Positions 63,864 to 64,000 of a stretch of DNA of 64,000 nucleotides are shown here, piece by piece. Location: contig JACKFR010000001.1 in assembly GCA_020632375.1 (NCBI GenBank), positions 21,106 to 85,105 of the forward strand, read 5' to 3'. The position numbers and the translations under genes are program-made. The notes beneath the pieces are model-generated. The model saw nothing but the letters and a program-made list of their open reading frames with translations. It was not told the DNA's origin and made no database searches. How positions within the stretch are numbered: the stretch's first letter is position 1; the number at the start of each line of letters is the position of its first letter. This stretch comes from Candidatus Nomurabacteria bacterium (lineage in GTDB: Bacteria > Patescibacteriota > Dojkabacteria > SC72 > JAHDCA01).

Positions 63864-64000
63864 ATGCCAGATAAAAAGAAAAAAGCTGCTCCCCAGAATG
63901 CATCTAATCAAAAGAATAAAGCTATAAACGTTGCTGTAGAACAGATCAAAAAGCAATTTGGTGACGGTGCAATTATGAAACTTGGTAGCAAAACCAAAGT
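63864..64000 (+). CDS. recA: Recombinase RecA (5' part; continues beyond the window)
   Basis: ...KAINVAVEQIKKQFGDGAIMKLGSKTK matches the conserved RecA N-terminus (AL..AL.QIEKQFGKGSIMRLG). Confidence 0.85.
   Translation, partial: MPDKKKKAAPQNASNQKNKAINVAVEQIKKQFGDGAIMKLGSKTK

Noticed and set aside
1-64000. I looked for a CRISPR array, cas genes, a reverse transcriptase (retron/DGR), or known defence signatures (TIR, SIR2, CBASS cyclase).
   Set aside because: I saw no regularly spaced direct repeats and no YxDD reverse-transcriptase motif. The only Cas-like protein is a stand-alone Cas4/RecB-type nuclease (31323..32201) with no array or cas1/cas2 neighbours.
1-64000. I considered an alternative genetic code with UGA recoded, as in Gracilibacteria/SR1 or Mycoplasma-like lineages.
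   Set aside because: Conserved genes such as secA, copA, typA and eno are full length under code 11. TGA terminates pepF in an ATGA overlap with xth. The tRNA-Trp anticodon is CCA rather than UCA.

Overview
The window is a low-GC bacterial chromosome segment that reads cleanly under the standard code. TGA is used as a stop, for example in the ATGA overlap of pepF and xth, and the tRNA-Trp has a CCA anticodon. Genes are tightly packed and recognisable Shine-Dalgarno sequences are rare. The gene content (many GT/GT-C envelope genes, a TsaC-TsaE fusion, an RRM protein, several decayed gene fragments) suggests an uncultivated, reduced-genome lineage such as CPR/Patescibacteria; that placement is inference only. 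I had no search tools, so every family call rests on motifs I recognised in the translations.

Layout:
- 1-14.2 kb: a cell-envelope glycan cluster. It holds a GT2, a tandem GT4-GT4 fusion, two GT-C-like membrane proteins, a Wzx-like flippase, two alkaline-phosphatase-superfamily enzymes, an HprK-like P-loop protein and another GT4.
- 14.2-25.3 kb: a giant secreted M23 peptidase, secA, an acidic protein, two paralogous GT4 genes and recO.
- 25.4-31.3 kb: a compositionally foreign block of orphan genes that starts 9 nt after tRNA-Lys(CUU). One 734-aa protein in it carries what looks like a catalytically dead ABC-ATPase domain. This is my best candidate for an undescribed system.
- 31.3-41.2 kb: a Cas4/RecB-like nuclease, a histidine phosphatase, an APH-like kinase, a MerR-controlled copper module (HMA membrane protein plus CopA), an RRM protein, pepF and xth.
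- 41.2-49.3 kb: typA, small metabolic genes, tRNA-Asp and trxA, interspersed with start-less ORFs, gene fragments and GC-rich orphan ORFs.
- 49.5-53.3 kb: the tsaC-tsaE fusion, tsaD, eno, tRNA-Leu and tRNA-Val.
- 53.3-56.3 kb: a tRNA-bracketed islet holding a protein with an RNxxxH (HEPN-like) motif and a 456-aa orphan.
- 56.4-64 kb: an IMPDH/GMPR-family protein, a wHTH-Nudix protein, a flippase-like protein, rmuC, a DUF1846 protein, mscL and the 5' end of recA.

I saw no CRISPR array, rRNA, integrase or intact transposase.
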